Notes under the pieces: model-generated
Databases searched by the model: none
What the model was told of the DNA's origin: nothing
What the model saw: the letters and a program-made list of their open reading frames with translations, nothing else
Translations under genes and position numbers: made by a program
Source of the DNA: Trichoplax sp. H2
Taxonomy: Eukaryota
Direction: 5' to 3'
NCBI GenBank assembly: GCA_003344405.1
Contig: NOWV01000221.1
Span: 1 to 64,000 of the forward strand
DNA: 64,000 nt
Shown here: positions 38,901 through 53,531 of the stretch, in pieces
Layout of the letters: each line of letters opens with the position of its first letter
Numbering within the stretch: the first letter of the stretch is position 1

Positions 38901-41900
38901 TCTTACCATTATTAATAATATCCAATTATTTCCTGTAGGTTTGATGAATGGTTTAAACCATTAGCTGCTGGGACTAACAAAAACTTTCCATTGTAAGTTC
39001 CAACGATGTCTTAAAATTGATTACATGCACCATTACTGCATCGGAGAGAATTCGATTGATTTTTTTTCCTTAAATGGTGTTGTAAACTTGATTTCAGACC
39101 AAAAGATTTGAAGATGCCGAAAAACATTCAATATCCAAACCGCGGCTCTATTTACGAATATGTATACTTAAAATCTGATGTTGGTGGAATGTGGAAGAAA
39201 TGGGAACATACCCGTGAAAATATTCCTATTCCAGCAACAGCCAATGTAAGCAAAATAGGTTGCTTCGTAGATGTATAAAGTTTTAAGTCCATAATCAAAT
39301 TTTTAAGTTGTCAATAACAAAATATAAACGATACTTTGAACTCCTATTAGCTGTATTCGCTACGGTTACTTTGTCAATAATGTTACTTTAGTTTAGCACT
39401 AAAACCATGATTAATATTTCTTTGGAAATTTTTTTAGATTCATGAAATTATTGTTCCAACAATGGAAACGATTCGACAGGAATTCTTCTTAAATGAATTC
39501 ATAAAGAAAGAAAAATCTTTAATGTTTATCGGTCCTACCGGTACGGGCAAAACGGCAGTAGTTATTAACCATTTAATTAACTTACCCAAGGAGAGGTACT
39601 GATTGAACTAAATTCCTTAGTATCCATTTAGCTCTTTTTAATTTTCCAAAAATGTTCTTAATTGGTTTCAATACTAATTCTGTCTAATTTAATCCCTAGC
39701 TATCTACCAAATAATATCAACTTTTCAGCTCGCACTTCATCATTACAAACTATGGATTTATTCATGTCAAAATTAGATCGGTGAATATTAATCAATTATA
39801 ATGAAATAGTACTTGATTAATCATCTGAACTAATGAAAGAATCCTATGATTAATCCAGGCGACGACGAGGTGTTTATGGACCAACTCTAAGTAGGAAAAT
39901 GGTCGTTTTTGTCGATGATGTTAACATGCCAATGAAAGAAAAATATGGTGCACAGCCACCAATAGAGTTACTTAGACAGCTTTTAGATCATAAGTATTGG
40001 TTTGATAGGTAAATACGTATATTAACGCAGTTCAAATGCAGCTAGATGGTATTATATGCCGGCAGTATATTATTCACATTTAAAATTTGAAATTTTTCGC
40101 TTAATTTTTTTCACTAATCATTATTCTGCGATTGGTTGTTGCTGTAGGAAAGATAATAGTATCTTAACACCAGTGGATTGGATTGTATTGGCAGCTATGG
40201 GTCCCCCTGGTGGAGGTCGAAACATGGTTTCATCTCGCTTTCTACGCCATTTTAATATTATCGGAATTGATTCATATGATGAAATATCAATGCGGAGCAT
40301 TTTTCAAGCAGTAACCGATTGGCATTTCAACAGAGGCTTTGAAAATAGTTTGAAAAAATTTTCAAGGGTAAAGTTATAGCGTCTAGACCCATCTTGAGAT
40401 CATCTATAATTATTCTTAGTAAATTAAAAGGGAACAGTACTATCGGTTTGGAGTTTTATCAGATTTTAACTATCACATAATAAAATCATCTATTTTAAAT
40501 TAATTTCACTTTATATATTCAGTACGGTAGCCACTTGCACTAACTTAAAATATAATGTGATATAGTGTCTAGACTCATCTTGAGATCATCGATAATTCTC
40601 TTGTGCAAAATTGAACTGTGCATATATATATATAATTATTCATAGTAAATTAAACCGAAATTGTACTATCAGTTTCGAGTCTTTTTAGGATTTTAACTGA
40701 TATAGAGTAGAATCATCTACCATAAATTAATTTCGAAGTAGCTAATGGCATTAGCTTCGGTATAATATGTTTACTTATTTATTCATAGATTGTTGTTCAT
40801 GCTACACAAATGATTTACCATCTCGCTGTATCCAACTTTCTGCCAACGCCTTCCAAGTCTCATTATGTTTTCAATTTGCGCGATTTCGCTCGCGTAATTC
40901 ATGTAAGTAAATGCATTGACGATAAGTATTAGTGCCTAGGTCGATGCGGCGTTCAATGTAATCAAAGCATTATTAATTTAATCTTATCTATGAATTTTTG
41001 GAGTCTAATAATTTAATGCTAATTCCTAAAATTTCTTAAAATCTACAATTAATTGATATCCTAGGGATTTCTCCTTCTAAAACCTGAAGCATTAAATAAC
41101 TGTAGCAACCCAGCATCGAAAATTGTTCGTTTGTGGGTTCATGAAGTTTATCGCGTATTTTATGATCGTTTAGTCGATGATAAAGATCGTAAATGTTTCT
41201 TCGAGCTCGTTGAGGTGATTGTGTATGAAGTTACCTTAGTATTGTCAAAATTTAATGTATCTCGATATAATAATTATCTAAGTAATCCTAATATAAAATA
41301 CTTTATCTTGAATCCTCTAGAAATGTGTTGGAATGCAATTTAAACTCAAATTTAAAGAAATATTTTCTCATCTAGTTGATAATGGCTCTGAATTTACTGA
41401 TGAAACTCTACGAAAGTACATATTGTAACATTCGCACCATTTCAAATATGAATCCATAATACAATCTTGATTTGAAAATATCATTTTAAAGCTGTGCATA
41501 TATTTATTACGAAATACTAAAATAGTTAAATATTCATGTCTAATGTCTTTAATGGTAGTTTGCTATTTTTGAAATAATGGCTGGGCTAAGCATAGCTTCA
41601 ATATATTGTAGCGTTATCGAAGAATTTTCTATACTAATAGCAGCGATAACTATTTTACGAATTCTTTCAAAACATGCACTAATGCTGGCCTTGAATTACA
41701 CAATCAGATTGTATTTTGGTGACTATGTTGATGGTGGCCAAAGAGGATACGATGAAGTAACCGACTTTTCCGAATTGAAGGAGGTACAGTCTAGCTTAAG
41801 TGATATCAGCGAAAACGTTTTTTAACTTAATTATCTTCAAAAAACTTTGCAGTTGAAATTAATATTGAAACTGCTTATCGCATATTTTGATAATTTCTGT

Positions 41901-44900
41901 TTTAATTTACTATCCTTTATAGACTATGGGCCGCTTTCTGAACGATTACAATTCGGAGAGTAAAGCGCCCATGGATTTAGTTTTATTTGGATTCGCTATT
42001 GAACACATATCGAGAGTCAGCAGGATACTTCTACAGCCGAAAGGCCATGCTCTGCTCGTCGGTAAATGTTATCACCGTTTAAGCTATTATAATTGTATCG
42101 AAACCTTATGGTTATTCCTATATTTACTATAATTATTTCGTTCCTATTGTTTTTGATCGTAGGAATTGATGGTTGTGGTCGGCGAAGTGTGACTAGATTG
42201 GCGGCTTTTATCGCTTCCCATCAAGTTTTTCAAATAGAAGTTACGCGAAATTATTCATTTCACGACTGGAGGGATGATATCCGTAAAATGTTACAGGATG
42301 CAGGTACAAACGGCAAATCGACAGTGTTCCTATTGGCAGACAATCAACTAAAGGCAAGTTTATGTAACTACAGCTATAGTCTCATGTCTATCTTACTACT
42401 GTAGCAAAATTGGTATAACATATTTGGACTAGTTTAAAATTTTCGTTTATGACTCTAATATACGGTTTCAATTCAGTTGTTATTGTTTATCTACGTGAAA
42501 CTAATTAAAATAGTATTTTTCATGAGATGTCTAGTAGTTAAAATGATTGCCTCGTAGCACTATAGCAAAAATTAGTTATGTTTAAGTCAATATTATTAGT
42601 CTTCAATTTGGAAATAAATCGGAATAAAACAATATCTGATAAATATGTAGGAAGAATCTTACTTAGAAGATATTAATACATTACTGAATACGGCTGATAT
42701 CCCCAATCTCTACGATGCAGAAGAACGAGCTGAAATTATAGATAAGGTATAACTGATGTGTGGTAATTTAGCACATGATATTTAAATTAAGTAACGATTT
42801 CACCTAGTGAAAAATAGTAATAGCGAATACTTTGTATTGGTGAAATAAATGATTTAGTTCACAAATCATTATTTTCCATCAAAATTAGATGCAGAAAGTA
42901 GCGCAAGAACGCGGCGTTAAGGTTGAAGTAGCCACTCAGTCCTCTATGTATAATTTATTTATTGAGCGTATTCGTCATAATTTACATATTGTGATCGCAA
43001 TGAGTCCTATCGGCGATACATTCCGAAATCGACTGAGGATGTTTCCATCTTTAATAAACTGTTGTACCATAAATTGGTTTCAAGTAAGCTGATATTTACC
43101 TTGAAGGATTTGGACCAAAACTTATATACTATTGCGACTATTTCTTTAATTTGGGAATTATTATTATAATAGGTATGGCCTGAAGATGCTTTGGAAATGG
43201 TAGCTAATTATTATTTAGATGATGTAGAAATGGATTCTAGGATCCGAACGGAAAGTGTTAGCTTGTGTAAATACTTTCATGAAAGCATTCGGGCTTTATC
43301 GAACAGGTATCTTAAGTCATACTTAAATTTGGCTGTTGTTAGTAGAGTAAACACTATAAAGAACTTAAGACTATTTATTCAAAGTTATCTTTTTAAGCTC
43401 ATGTAAATAATGAATTTTTGATAGATACGAGGAATCATTGGGACGACATAATTATGTCACACCGACATCCTATCTAGATTTAATACGATTATTTAAGACT
43501 CTTTTAGCCAGGAAAAGATTAGATATCCTTACATTAAAAAACCGTTATTTGACTGGCTTGCAGAAACTTGACTTTGCTTCATCTCAGGTTAGAATAGTAC
43601 ATGCTTTTAGGTGAGCTCCAATAATAATAACTCGGTAAATTAATTTTTATTCTATTTACTGCAATTTAGATATCAGTAATGCAAACTGAATTGACCAACT
43701 TGAGGCCTGAGCTAATTTATACTAGTGAGGAGACGGAAAAACTGATCGATTATATAAAGGAAGAAAAGATAACAGTAGATGGAAAAAGAAAAGTTCGTTT
43801 ATATTTGGAGACACTTATTCTGTTAATTTACTTATCTAATGAAAACCTATTCCTTGGTTTATAACATAACAGTTTGATGCTATACTGCTATCGCGTTTAA
43901 AATGTTAAATAAAACGTATTCGTAAATGTTCTGAATGTAATCGTACCATTTTCTACAGGTTGTAGAAGCCGAAGAAGCGGTAGCTAATAAAGCGGCTATG
44001 GAAGCACAAGCTATTAAGGTTTATTAGCAGTAACTTAGCAGTAATCCATGGCTATTGTATATTTGTCGATATTGTTGGTAAATTTTATTTATATATGATT
44101 CAGTCACATATCTATTGATTTGTATTTATAGCAAGATTGTGAGGAAAAACTTGCCGTAGCTTTGCCAGCGCTTAATGCTGCTATTTCAGCATTAGATACG
44201 TTAAAACAATCAGATATCAGCACCATCAAATCTATGCAAAATCCACCAAATGGTGTTAAACTTGTCATGGAAGCTGTTTGTATTATGAAAGTAAGTAATG
44301 CTATAATGAATAAATAAAACCATATTCTATGATATCAGAATTCATGATCGTTTATGGTTTCTAGATGCAAAAATTGTGATTAATGCGATTATTCTGTAGG
44401 GAGTGAAATGCGAAAGACGCCCAGACCCAGCTCAGAACAACAAGCTAGCAGATGATTGGTGGTATACATCTAAAAAAGTGATGGGAGACTTAAAGTTTTT
44501 AGATTCTTTGAAAGAGTTTGATAAAGATAATATTTCAGCTAAGATTATACAGAAGATACGAAATAATTATATTAATAATCCAGATTTCAATCCAGATGCT
44601 ATCAAAAATGCATCGACAGCCGCAGAAGGCATGTGTCGTTGGGTTCGAGCAATGGAAATTTATGATCGTGTAGCTAAAGTAGTTGCTCCCAAGAGAGCGC
44701 GTTTAGCATCTGCCGAGAAAGAATTAGAAACTCAAATGGTACAGCTAGAACATAAGCGAGAAGAACTAAAAGTTGTTGTCGATAAATTGGATTTACTGAA
44801 CGACAATTTTGAGGCAAAGATAAATAAAAAACAGGTATTTTGTTTGTGAATAGATACGACGCTTCAGATGAAAGTATTAGTCCTCTATTTTAAACTAATA

Positions 44901-47900
44901 AAATTCTCTAATTTATTTATGCAATAGGATTTAGAAGACAGTATTAAAATGACTGGAGAGAAATTAGTTCGAGCAGAAAAATTAATTAGTGGATTAGGAG
45001 GTGAAAAAGAGAGATGGGAACGATGTGCCAAAGAACTTGGCTATAATTACTTCAATATAGTTGGCGATGTATTACTTTCCTCCGCTATTATTGCTTATTT
45101 AGGCCCTTTCACGGTGCATTTCCGCCAGGTAATTTCCTAATTTAGCGCTTGTAGAATCGTTATCTCTCCATATTAATTCGATTTTCTCATCAGTTGGAGT
45201 AAATAATGTATCTTATGAACAAAGCTAAAGATTTGCATATTTGCACCAATCGTGGACTTTATTTATTAGGAGTGTCTTCAAACCTGGATTGACTTAGTAC
45301 GAGGTAGAGATATTCCGCTCTCGCGGCCATTCTCGTTAGAAAAAGCCGTAGGAGATCCAGTAAAAATTCAAACTTGGCATTTAACCGGGCTACCAGTAGA
45401 CAGGTATGTTTCTTTTTTGTCTAGTAACGCTACCTTCTACCAAAATTTATGCTTGCAATCTATTTGACTACTGCAAAAGCCAGTTCATTATCAGCTGGAG
45501 ATAATTTAAGTTAAATAAATTGAAATAACTTGAGTAGTCAATAAGGATTATATTTATACAAAGCAAAGCATGTCTTAACACAAATACAAATAAAGGATTT
45601 GAAGTTAGCTTCAGGGTATATCACACGGTAGTTTTCACATCAATATCCTTAGGATAGACGCAGCTATGACATATACACACACTATACTTTGAAATATGAC
45701 GCCCGTTAATAAGACTGTTGGACGATATTTATTGTAATTGAATAGTTCTGGAATTGAAATATTACAACATGCCTATTTTATAACTAATAAAACAGTATTC
45801 CTATTTCAGTTTCTCCATCGAGAACGCTCTGATTGTTATGAACACACAAAGGTGGCCACTTATGATTGATCCTCAAAATCAAGCCAATAAATGGATTAAA
45901 AATCTAGAGAAACCAAATAATTTGCATGTAAAAACTTGCACTGCTTTTTATAACATATATTAGCATTCATATAAATCTTGCTTATATTGCCTATGTCGCT
46001 ACTATTATTTAAATTTTTTGATATGTGCTTATAGGTAATTAAGTTGACGGATTCCAATTACATGAGGACATTACAAAATTGTATACAGGTAAATAGCATA
46101 TTTGCCAATTAATACGGTAATTATTCATTTTCATAGAAGTCATACCATGGTAGCTAAGGAGTGATAGAAACACAATTTTGATAGCTTAATAGCTTGATTT
46201 CGCTATAAAAGCTAATTCATCACTAAAGCATTTTTGTAGCTAGAAATGGATGCGTATTTTCAATTTAGATAGATGATCATAATTTGATTCGCCGTTGCTT
46301 TGCAGTTTGGTACACCAATTTTATTAGAAAATGTTGGTGAAGAACTGGATCCAGCATTAGAACCTCTTTTACTGAAGCTAACATTCAAGCAGGCATGTGC
46401 TCTAATCTTAGGTTTATAAAATGGTCCTATTTAAATTGCAAATAAACATTTATATATTCAGTCTTGTTTAATAAATTATACCTCAATTTTCCTGTAAGTT
46501 GATTTGCTTATGTAATATCAGTTCTATAGCTTTACATTTTATAAAAAGATGAGTAAGGATATTAGGATTGCTTCTCCTATATATTGAAAGTAATCTCATG
46601 TTATCGAAATTTGATTTTTTTCATTTTCTAGAATAACATTGACTATATCCGTTTAGGCGACAGTATCATTGAGTATTCGCAAGTGAGTAACAGCAGGGAT
46701 AAGTTTTAAAAATACTTAACATAAAGTCCTATACTTTGGGCATTAACTGATTGTTATAAATTTCCTACATGATAGGATTTTCGATTTTATATAACATCAT
46801 GCCTAAGAAATCCACACTATCTACCAGAAGTTGCTATAAGGGTATCTATCTCTGGCCAATTGTAGCGATTGTTAAACACAGCAACAAAAAAACTAATACA
46901 GTACTTTAATTTTAGGTAAATGTATTAAATTTTGTAATTACTGCGCCTGGGTTGGAAGACCAGATGCTAAGCATAGTGACTGCTAAAGAAAAGCCAGTGC
47001 TAGAAGAAAAGAAAAATGCATTGATTGAAGAAAGTGCTAAAAATCGTAAACAGGTACCTATACTCGTATACTCAGTAGCTACTACACAACGAAAGGGACA
47101 TCTACTTTTCTCCTAAACTTTTCATTGTAAATGTCTATTAGCTGAAAGATATCGAAGATAAGATATTAGAAGTACTTTCGTCTTCCGAAGGAAATATCTT
47201 AGAAGATGAAACTGGAGTTGAGGTACATTTTCAGTTTGTAAAATCAGATTATTAATTCATATGAGATAGAGATGAATATTATGGAGTAAAATTTCGTATG
47301 AGCACGTACGACATTTTAAAGGAGATTGGTATATAAAATATTTGCATCTAAACTTTCACAATGGGAACATTTAATAAGATATAAAGAGGATATTCTGATT
47401 GATCCTATATTCTCTAACTTAATTGATAATTATAAAATTTCTATCATCAAAGATCCTGTCATCGAGTCGAGTGCTAGCTAGAGAAATCGCTGATAAAGAG
47501 GAAATTACAAGTAAAACTGAAAAGGAAATTGATGAAGCGCGTGAATACTTAAGACCTGTGGGTTTAATTGACTTTGAAACCGCTACAAAAATAATAAAAT
47601 ATTCTCTTTGAAGGCATAATAATTACTCATCATTATTCATTCTTTGCTACTCTAGGTGGCTAACCACTCTGCAGTACTATTTTTTATTATATCTGACTTA
47701 GCCAACATTGAACCCACGTATCAATACTCTTTAACTTGGTTTATAAACTTATTTATCAGGGTATTTCTTCTTAAATTGCATGCTGTATACGTAAATCGAG
47801 TACTTCTACATTTTGTAGATGGATTTATCATCATTAAAATTTTTGTTAATAATTATAATTAATAAGATATTAATAATCATAATATATTGATCGTTTCCGT

Positions 47901-50900
47901 ATCTTAAAGTCTATCCGGGACAGTCAGGGATCAGATGAACTAAACGAAAGAATATCAGCATTAAATAAACATTTTACATATAGGTAGGGTCTAATAGCAT
48001 TTGTGCTAACCTTTAGTTTAGAAGATGTGTTAAGACTATTGACTTGGAAATAGGTTATTGAAATGAATAAATTTATTTAATATATTAATTCTTTAATCTT
48101 CTAATCCAAATTTAGCATCTATCAGAACGTTAGCAGATCCTTATTTGAAAAGGATAAAATCTTATTTTCTTTGCTGCTTTGCATAGGAATTGAAAAGAAT
48201 AGGTTTAAATCTTTTTATGTGTACTAAACATTCCTGTCTTTCTTATTCATTGATTGCGGCTGGTCAGCTAACCTAAATTTGTTTAAAATTAATTCTTTTA
48301 TACATTATGTAGCAACGCTTTCGACGAGGGCCAGTGGCGATATTTATTGACCGGCAATATTTCAATTAATAATCCCTATAAAAACCCAGCATCCGATTGG
48401 CTGGCAGAGAAATCATGGTCAGACATTGTAGGCTGCAACAACTTATCCAACTTTGATGGATTTGTTGAACACTTTGAAGCCAATGTAAGTCAGTTTTGAT
48501 CAAAAGCAATATTCATTAAGTTTTAAATAGTCTGTTAATAATTTCATTAAACTTGTATAAGTAAAGAATCTGAAAATATCGTATCCCTAGACGCCAGCAT
48601 GGGAGAGCTATTACAATTCAAAGGAGCCTCAGTCAGAGCCATTACCCGAACCCTGGAATGAAAAACTATCAGAATTTGAAAAACTAATTGTACTAAGATG
48701 CTTTAGAAAAGACAAAGTACGTAATTTTATTATTTATTAAGATACTTTTAAAACATTAATGCTGGTAGGGATTATAAGAACTATGATCTAGGACGAGTAT
48801 TATACATTTATCTGACAGAACTTAGTTCTGCTCGTATAAATGGCCTAGGTCAGCATAAAAATATAGAACTGGAACGACAGCATTTAATCCAAAACATCGA
48901 AACATTTAGCTTGAACGAAGAATTTTTAAAATGATAAATGTAAAACCGATACTTGAAAAGTAAATTTATTTCTACTTTTACCATGTTCATGTAATTATTA
49001 GGTACCTCATGCCATTCGGGAATATATTATTAATCACCTCGGCAAAGAATATGTTGAACCACCAGCATTTGATTTAACTAGAAGTTTCTTAGAATCAAGT
49101 CATATTGTTCCTCTTATATTTGTTCTGTCACCTGGTGCAGATCCATTAAGTTTATTACTAAAATTTGCAGACGATTCAGGTTTGAGACATGCAATGTTAC
49201 GATTATAATTAGACTGAATTACAATTGTGGCTTTCATTTTCAGAATTTATTACCCATGATGTTAATTTCTTTTTTTTGGATACTATTACTACAGGACCGG
49301 GCAGAAAAAATTGTCAGAGTATTTCTCTAGGACAGGGTCAAGGTCCTGTTGCAACCTCCTTAATTCAAAAGGTACTTAAAAATCAGCAATCTGTAAACAT
49401 GATCTAAATTTAGTAACCATCGAAGAATTACAAAAATTTAAATAAAATAATTGAATTCTTCCTAAGTATTTCCTAATTACTAATTTAAGACCTTGATGAC
49501 AGATCTTAGTTTGATATATGTATCAAGAACTTGCAAACTGATATTGCAATGTGAAATTCAAAAGTGTGTTTCGCACTGAATGTTAGAATAAAACTGTTAA
49601 ATGCATCTGCTATAACGGTTACTAAATTATTAATCTAACTCATAGGCAATGAAAGACGGTAAATGGGTTGTTTTACAAAACTGTCATTTAGCAGTTTCAT
49701 GGTTACCAACACTAGAGAAAATCTGTGAGGAGGTGAGATTTTGAAGGATTTGGTATCTCTTCGCAAAATAGATTACTATGATTTATCAGCTAACTATCCC
49801 ATCTAAACTGATCGCACCTTAGGAAATTGTAGCCGATAAAGCTCATGCAAACTTTAGATTATGGCTAACTAGTTACCCTTCTGAACACTTTCCCGTTCCA
49901 ATCCTACAACGCTGTAAGTAAATTTCCTACGTACGTAATGTACATAGATTCAGAGCAGTCAATCTTAAGGCATTAAGTTTTAACTTGTTGTCTAACGTCA
50001 ACTTGAACTTTGGATACAAATTTCTCTTTTCATTTAGGTGTTAAAATGACTAATGAAATTCCAAAAGGCTTAAAATCAAATCTGTTTCGATCTTACACAA
50101 CGGATCCAATTTCAAATCAGCAATTTTTCAATGGCTGTGACAAGACAAAGGTAGCATTTTCTTGATAGATTTTTCGTCATACTGGATAATAATCAGTTTT
50201 AAATTTTCTGGTCTACTATAATCCAGGAATGGAGAAAATTATTATTTGGACTATGCTTTTTCCATGCATTGGTACAAGAACGACGATCATTCGGTCCTTT
50301 AGGATGGAATATTCCGTATGAGTTCAATGATTCTGACCTACACATTAGTGTTAGACAAGCGCAGGTAGTTTTAATGTTGACTTTTCAAGAGATGTTATTT
50401 CACTTCTTAACCTTACTCATTGGGTTACTAATTATGTATTATGGACTATTTTGCACTAGAATTTCCTAAATGAATATGAAGTTGTTCCACTGGACGCTTT
50501 AACCTACGTTATTGGTCAATGCAATTATGGTGGTCGAGTTACTGATGATTGGGATCGCCGTTTATTACTAAGTTTACTATCGAGGTTCTTTAATCATCAA
50601 CTTCTAGAGGATGAGCAATACAAATTTTGCAATAACGAAATGTATTATTCTCCTGCAGATGTAAGTGGGAATGAATTAATTGGTCTTCAATCTTACGATT
50701 TTCTAATCCCTAATAATCGATATTTTAAAAATTATATTTAGAATGATTACAACCATTACATTGACTACATCAAATCGCTACCACTTACAGCTCATCCAGA
50801 GGTATTTACAGGCAGATAATTTGAAGTCTATACCTAATTGCATGATGTTCTACGTACGATTAGTAATATATGAAAGAATAGTTTTATTTTGAATCGGAGC

Positions 50901-53531
50901 GAATTATTTTGACAGTTTTAAAAAATCTTACAATAGTAAGAATTTATCTTGCTAATTATCTGGACAGTTTTAATCTTATAATAGTAACAGTTTACCTTGC
51001 TGTACTGCTGTATTTCTATGAGGTGGATTACATAACGTAAAATACTAAGAAACTAGGATATACGATCCCGCTAGACTACTTGTATTTTGATCATCAAATT
51101 TTACTATTTAGTTTGCAATCATGCTCTGTAGTTTCTTTATAATAAATTTAGTAATCCTCGAGTCTAAAGATTGCTTTTACATTTCTTATTTGCAAGGCAT
51201 ACGGATTACACGAAAATGCCGATATAACACGAGAGCTAAAAGATACACAAGAGTTATTCACTGGTGTTTTAGCTACACAACCACGTGAGGTAAGTCATAA
51301 AATCCAAGTTTTGTAATTATAGAAAGCAAAATTTTCGAGCTTAAAATTAACTGCGATACTTACTTAAGGTGGCTAATAAAGGAAAATCACCGCAAGATAC
51401 TGTTTATGATATGTGCTCCGATATATTGTCAAATCTGTCCGATGAATTTTCCGTTAAAGATATAACGGTAAGACGAAAAAACTAAAAATTCTTCCATTAC
51501 TTGATTCCAGGGATTTAATCTACTTTATAAAATACTCGATAATTTTATGTTATTGGTTAATCTCTGGTGATAAAATTATAATAATAAAGTTATTGATTGT
51601 AGACCTCATATCCAGTGCGGTATGAAGATTCTATGAATACTGTTCTGACTCAAGAAATAATAAGGTATCGATCGCAGTTACTACCACTTTAGAGCTCTAT
51701 TTCTTATAAAGCTGTCATTTATACGAAATGTACTTACACGATTATGTACTATATAATAGATTCAATCGGCTAATTGCTGTAATCCAATCTAGTCTAAGAA
51801 ACATGCAAAAAGCTATCAAAGTAAACTATTTGAATTTTAAATAAACCATACTTGGAACACAATTGAATTTCTAAATTTAAGTCTAAATTCTCTTTGAAAT
51901 CTTTATTAGGGTCAAATCATTATGTCCGCTGAATTAGAGAGTGCATTTGATTGCTTATTAGCTGGCAAGGTGAATGAAATGCTTATAATTAACTAAAATG
52001 CACTAAGTTATTTTAAATAGAAATCTTTCTTGTTGGTTTTTACGTTCATGCCGCGGCCATTGGGGAATTTCTTTTATCCATGGCTCACATCTAATTAGAT
52101 TTTCATTAATTGTTGACAGGTTCCAAATGCTTGGATGAAAAAATCTTATCCATCTTTGAAACCATTAGGCGGATACATACTAGATTTATTTGCTAGATTA
52201 CAATTCTTTCAGGTAGATCAGTATAGGCTTAAATTTTCATATTAGAAGTTAAATTATTGGCTTTGTTGATTTTAAATGACTGTTTTCTTATTATTAATAT
52301 CAAGGAATGGGTAGCTAATGGACATCCTACCGTTTACTGGTTATCAGGATTCTACTTTACGCAGTCATTTTTAACCGGTAATAATTCTTAAAATGCCAGT
52401 TTCAATTCACTAATTCCGACAATTTATCAACTATTTGTACAGTTATTTCACAACTTATAATTTATGTTTATATCCCTATGATGGCTACGATATTAATGGA
52501 TATTTTACATATCTTTATAGCTATTACTACTTTAAACTATATTACCATGATATCTTATATTATAGGCATACTTCAGAATCATTCGCGAAAGGCAAAAATT
52601 CCGATAGATTTACTAAGTTTCGACTTTCAGGTTCTTGACAATAAATTTGAAGCTAAATCTAAGCCGGTAAGGACTATTAAAGTAGTTTAATTAGTATGAA
52701 TTTGTGCAACCATATTTTTAATGATGTTATTAAAAGTGGGATGGAATATTTGTAGGTGGATGGAGTCTATGTCTACGGATTATATTTGGAGGGGGCAAGA
52801 TGGAATAACGCTGATAAGGTAAGATGCCAAAAATATACGGATCTACCCATTATCATTATTTAATTTACATAATCTCGAGTATCATAAATGAAGCGACCAC
52901 ATCAGTGTTTACGAACTTTTCTACGGTTATAGGTCCTAGCCGAATCACGCTCAACCGTGTTATATGACAGTCTTCCAAAAGTATCCTTAATATTACTTAG
53001 TATTTTCAACATAATATATATGAATATGAAGAAATGATTCTACACAATGGAGACTACGTTATATTTGTCAAAATAGAATGCACTATGTGATAAAATTGAG
53101 CTGGAAAAGAATTTTATTATATTTTTATATAAGAGAAGAGCTTTTCATTAACTAATTCAACAGATTTGGATGAAACCGAAACTGAAAAATTCCATTGATG
53201 TTAATGGTAGATACGAGTGCCCAGTCTATAAGACAAGTGCAAGAAGAGGCATTTTGTCTACAACTGGTATATGACAATTTATTGATTTCTACTAATTTAT
53301 ATAGTTGAGCGTATTTATTATATATGTTTATACTATATTGAATAAATTGCTTTAGACTGAGAGCCTCTAAAGTAGCTTTCCGCTAATCCTGTTTTATACA
53401 AATTCTACAATCGTTATATCCATTTAGGTCATTCAACAAACTATGTGCTAGCCATTTACATGCAATCGGATAAGCCACCTAGTCACTGGATTGACCGCGG
53501 TGTAGCTTTACTGTGTCAATTAGACGATTAA
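23977..53531 (+). CDS. DNAH3: Axonemal inner-arm (single-headed) dynein heavy chain, DNAH3 type, complete multi-exon gene
   Basis: Spliced exons give P-loops GPAGTGKT (AAA1), GDALGGKT (AAA2), GPTGTGKT (AAA3), GIDGCGRRS (AAA4), Walker B CFDEFNR, stalk/MTBD (44400-44834), SLGQGQG and C-terminus [15 protein letters not shown] (TAA 53529-53531). DNAH3-like signatures recalled from the human protein: [52 protein letters not shown]. Start uncertain (ATG 23977 or 23845). Confidence 0.93.
31232..31455. repeat. Short intronic duplications in a dynein intron
   Basis: CAAAGAATAATATCAACTTTATTATA at ~31283 and 31381; TAATACCAC..CCGAAAA at ~31232 and ~31430. Confidence 0.65.
32895..33212. mobile_element. 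Possible solo-LTR or MITE-like relic bounded by TGTCACCTT...AAGGTGACA inside a dynein intron
   Basis: 10-bp inverted termini (12 of 14 when extended) beginning with the same TGTCAC hexamer, in one of the longest dynein introns; no TSD recognisable. Confidence 0.3.
40376..40735. repeat. Diverged ~185-bp-period tandem duplication in a dynein intron
   Basis: ATAGCGTCTAGACCCATCTTGAGATCATC (~40376) vs ATAGTGTCTAGACTCATCTTGAGATCATC (~40562), with further similarity to ...TAAATTAATTTC. Confidence 0.75.
42354..42650 (+). other. GC-AG intron in dynein gene
   Basis: AAG|GCAAGT...ATGTAG|GAA joins LADNQLK to [21 protein letters not shown], restoring the conserved AAA4 sequence. Confidence 0.85.
46393..46631 (+). 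other. GC-AG intron in dynein gene
   Basis: CAG|GCATGT...TTCTAG|AAT joins LLKLTFKQ to [16 protein letters not shown], restoring the conserved AAA5 sequence. Confidence 0.8.

Noticed and set aside
42040..42190. Degenerate AAA4 P-loop (GIDGCGRRS) as a sign of pseudogenisation
   Set aside because: AAA4 lacks the canonical GKT in this dynein subfamily, AAA1 is intact and I found no stop or frameshift in the exons read.
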